A stretch of DNA of 64,000 nucleotides from Entomortierella parvispora E1425. Lineage: Eukaryota; Fungi; Mortierellomycota. How positions within the stretch are numbered: position 1 is the stretch's first letter; the number at the start of each line of letters is the position of its first letter. The notes beneath the pieces are model-generated. The model saw only the letters and a list, made by a program, of their open reading frames with translations. It was not told where the DNA came from and did not search any database. A program made the translations under genes and the position numbers. The stretch lies in NCBI GenBank assembly GCA_020891255.1, contig BQFW01000002.1, forward strand, positions 1,798,001 to 1,862,000, in the 5' to 3' direction. Of this stretch, positions 61,229 to 64,000 are shown in pieces.

Positions 61229-61577
61229 GGTTGCTGTGGTTGTTGCTGCGCTGTTGCGTGTTTGGAGGAGAGGAAACGCTGGGAAATAAAAAAAGATAAA
61301 AAAAAAAAAAAATAACGCGCGAGGCCGTCGTGTTCGTTATGAATGGTGGGAACAATAAGAGGAATGGGGGTGAGGGAATGAATGGGACACGGGTAGAAAA
61401 AAAAAGTTGTAACTGTGGAGTGAATGAGAATCAAAAAGCAGAATGGGAATGAAAAACAGCAATGTCGCCATCTGACCCTTGTTTGCACCGTTTTTTATTT
61501 TCGTCAAGGGGCTTACTCCAGCTGATCCATGTCACAGGTTTCTGGCGCTGTTGCTGCCTCTTTTTTTCTTTTTCTCT

Positions 61578-63602
61578 TTAATTGATGGCAGTGTAAACGA
61601 GCTTGCATGGGATTGCCTGCTCAAGATGCAGTCTCTTCTTGGCACTTTGGTGAGACTCTTCGGCAGCCTTGCGCTTCAGAGCAGCTCCTGTCGAGTTAGA
61701 TGAGCGCAATACCTCTTGACCAGATTCCTCCTCCTGACTCAAATAGCCCGATCGAGACAACGCCGTCTTGTCCAAGATCGTATGAGCGTCATACTGACTG
61801 ACTGTACTTTGTTTGTCATTGTCAAGACGCAGGCAACATCTAAAAAAAGTGGTCGATCTTGCTTGTTCTTCTTGGCTTCCTTTTATAACCCCAATGAGTG
61901 CGAAGCATTGAAGTAGTTTGTCCCGTAATTCGTGTTTTTTGTATAGATTTCCTGCGTTGAGAGTCTTGAGCAATGTCTTCTACTCGTCATAATTCATTGC
62001 AGTATCAGCATGTGATTCGCATGGGGTTCTCCTGCAGAGCGCAGCAACGGGTGTACTTACAGCTGATGCATTGTCAACGGTGGCGGCATATTGTTGACCA
62101 AATTCATCCTCAAGCCCCAGCTCGAACAAGTACTCGTAGTCGAGAATATCTCGTCTGTTGCACGTGGGGCAGATTGGGCCGGCCTTGTCGCCGCTATTAA
62201 AGTAAACACCCAGTCAGAACAGATGCTCCATTGCTCTTTGTTCATTGAAAAGAATCAATCAAGTCCATGCATACCCATAATTGTGCCTGCAGTTGGCACA
62301 GATCCTTATTGTAAAGTTGCGAATATCCTTTGGGTGGTAAGAGATTACGCGTACATTGGCAGGCACAAGTACATGGCCATTGTCCTTTCCAGCATTTTTG
62401 TTCCGTGCAACTTCTTGCTTGATTTGCTCGGTAAAAACTCGAGTTGAGCCCAAGGAGCCTGCCATCGGAGATGGATCTCGAATGTCCCTGACTGGGGTGG
62501 CGAGGCGAGGGGTGAGTCTCTCTTCTTTAATCTCTTCCTGTTGCAATGGCGGTTGTTGCGGCGCTGGTTGTTGCGAGAGGGGTTGTTGAAACGCTGGTAG
62601 TTGTGAGAGCGGTAGTTGCGAGAATGGCTGTGAAAATATTTGCGAATCTGGCTGTTGTGTGAATGGTTGTTGTGAAAGTGGCTGTTGTGAGAATGGTGGT
62701 GGCAGAAGAGGCTGTGCTAGTTGCTGCAAAAGTGGCTGCAGCACAGGCTGTTTTACAAGTGGTTGCTGTTGCGATTGTGGTTGTTCCAATTGTCGAGGTG
62801 GTTGTTCCAATTGTCGAGGCGGTTGTCGCTGCGGCTGTGGTGGCTCATCTTGTGGCGGTTCTTGTTTTGCCATGGTTGCTGGCTCGGCATGGATGGGTTC
62901 TAAACCTGCTCCTCTAGTAGACCGTTGGACATCTCTAACATACCGAGATTTCCTACTGGTACCAGATAAGGAGGCATTCAGTTAGCCTCGATCCGTTCAC
63001 TCGTCTGATAGGCATGTACCTTTCTTTCTCTTCTCTCTTGGGAGAATCTATTTACGCTGTCAATGCCCTCGCCAGGTCGTCGTCCTTCGAAAGTAATGAT
63101 ATAGGATTCAGCTGCTTGAAACCGTATCCTCGGTATCCCCGCATTGCCAGTTCAATCCTTCCACCGGTGACCCTGCAAACGAGGTTCTTTAGATACACAA
63201 TATGACCCGCTTGGATTCCCATGGATCTGGCCGCATGGTGATGTTCGTCCCACAACGTAATCAACAAAGATGCCTTCCCGATGGGCCTGTTGTCGCCTTC
63301 GTTGTAATAGGGCAGTTTTTCATGTTCAGTATAGTCGGTGACTGTCAAGACCATGTTCTTGTCCGAGTCAAAGATCGAGCAGACCTACACAAAGTTTTGG
63401 GTTTGTTGGTGCCTGAAGGTCAAAAACGCGCCGACACGGTTGGTTCGTCAACATTGGATAGGCAGACAGAGAAGCGTCTTACCTCAGCGACCAAGTCACA
63501 AAAGACGTTCTCCCGCAAGTGATGAACCGTGCTCAACTTTGATGTCGGCGCAGGTGGAATGTTTCCTGACAGGTAGCTGACCTGTCCCTCGGGAATGTCC
63601 AT
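61578..63602 (-). CDS. POT1-like OB-fold protein: POT1PC (OB2)-type domain, Q/P linker, C-terminal OB with C4 zinc ribbon
   Basis: FCDLVAE|V...MVLTVTDYT...LITLWDEH...GHIVYLKNL matches the fungal POT1PC pattern; ICANC...ICPTC; YEYLFELGLEDEFG. Introns are in phase. Confidence 0.75.
62530..62870 (-). repeat. 15-bp (QQP[LF]x) and 21-bp (QPPRQLE x2) coding repeats in the POT1-like linker
   Basis: QQPLS/QQPFT/QQPDS/SQPFS/QLPLS/QLPAF/QQPLS/QQPAP/QQPPL; near-exact duplication of ggttgttccaattgtcgagg. Confidence 0.85.
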
Positions 63603-64000
63603 GGTGGTTGTTTGAGAGTGCAATTGGTGGCGCCAATGAGGATGAAAACAACGGATCACGCGATCCTTTTGTCCTGGATGAGCCCGTTACTGGCAATGTA
63701 GCAGGGGCGGGTCAGTAAAGTGATGAGTGTGAGGATGCTGACAAAAAGGGACGCGGTCGGATGCAGTCTGTCCAATGGATTGAAGAGAGGAAGGAAGGGA
63801 AGAGGGACGACGACAGGGGAACGAAGTGTCGAGACGAGACTCGGGACTCGAGACTAATGAAGTTAGTCACAATAATTAGACCGGTTCTTTTACTCTAAAT
63901 AGACTATTCCAAGAAATAAAAGAAACGAAGGGAAAAAAAAAAAAAAAAAAAGCACACCTTCGTCCCCCCCCTTCCCTCTTTTTTTTTTCTTTTTCTTTTT

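Overview
Intron-rich fungal genomic DNA of about 50% GC, with long A/T homopolymers and CT-rich leaders. The taxon is most likely Mortierellaceae/Mucoromycota, inferred from gene content (fungal eEF3, kinesin-13, MFSD1, Ydc2) and composition. I reconstructed about 20 spliced housekeeping genes by hand: SAM-kinesin-13, MFSD1-like transporter, MAPEG GST, MIT-domain protein, peroxisomal hydratase-2, bZIP/DUF3425, bHLH-ZIP, eEF3, myosin V, BAP31, DUF1764, LETM1-like, STK16/Env7 kinase, PDK/BCKDK kinase, ADIP/SSX2IP, NAC-beta, Ydc2/Cce1, CRAL-TRIO and a POT1-like protein. The standout is a 2.5-kb non-LTR retroelement (12511-15035). It has a perfect 17-18 bp target-site duplication, an AATAAA signal, an A34 tail, a complete set of RNase H catalytic residues and a CCHC knuckle, but no RT or endonuclease. 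It is inserted head-to-head 135-152 bp upstream of a tRNA-Thr(CGT) gene, which suggests a possible tRNA-gene-targeting LINE family. Also notable are an orphan gene with two motifs resembling metazoan GPS2 (an NCoR/SMRT-HDAC3 subunit) and a POT1-like gene that appears to lack OB1. All family calls come from motif recognition by eye; no database searches were run.
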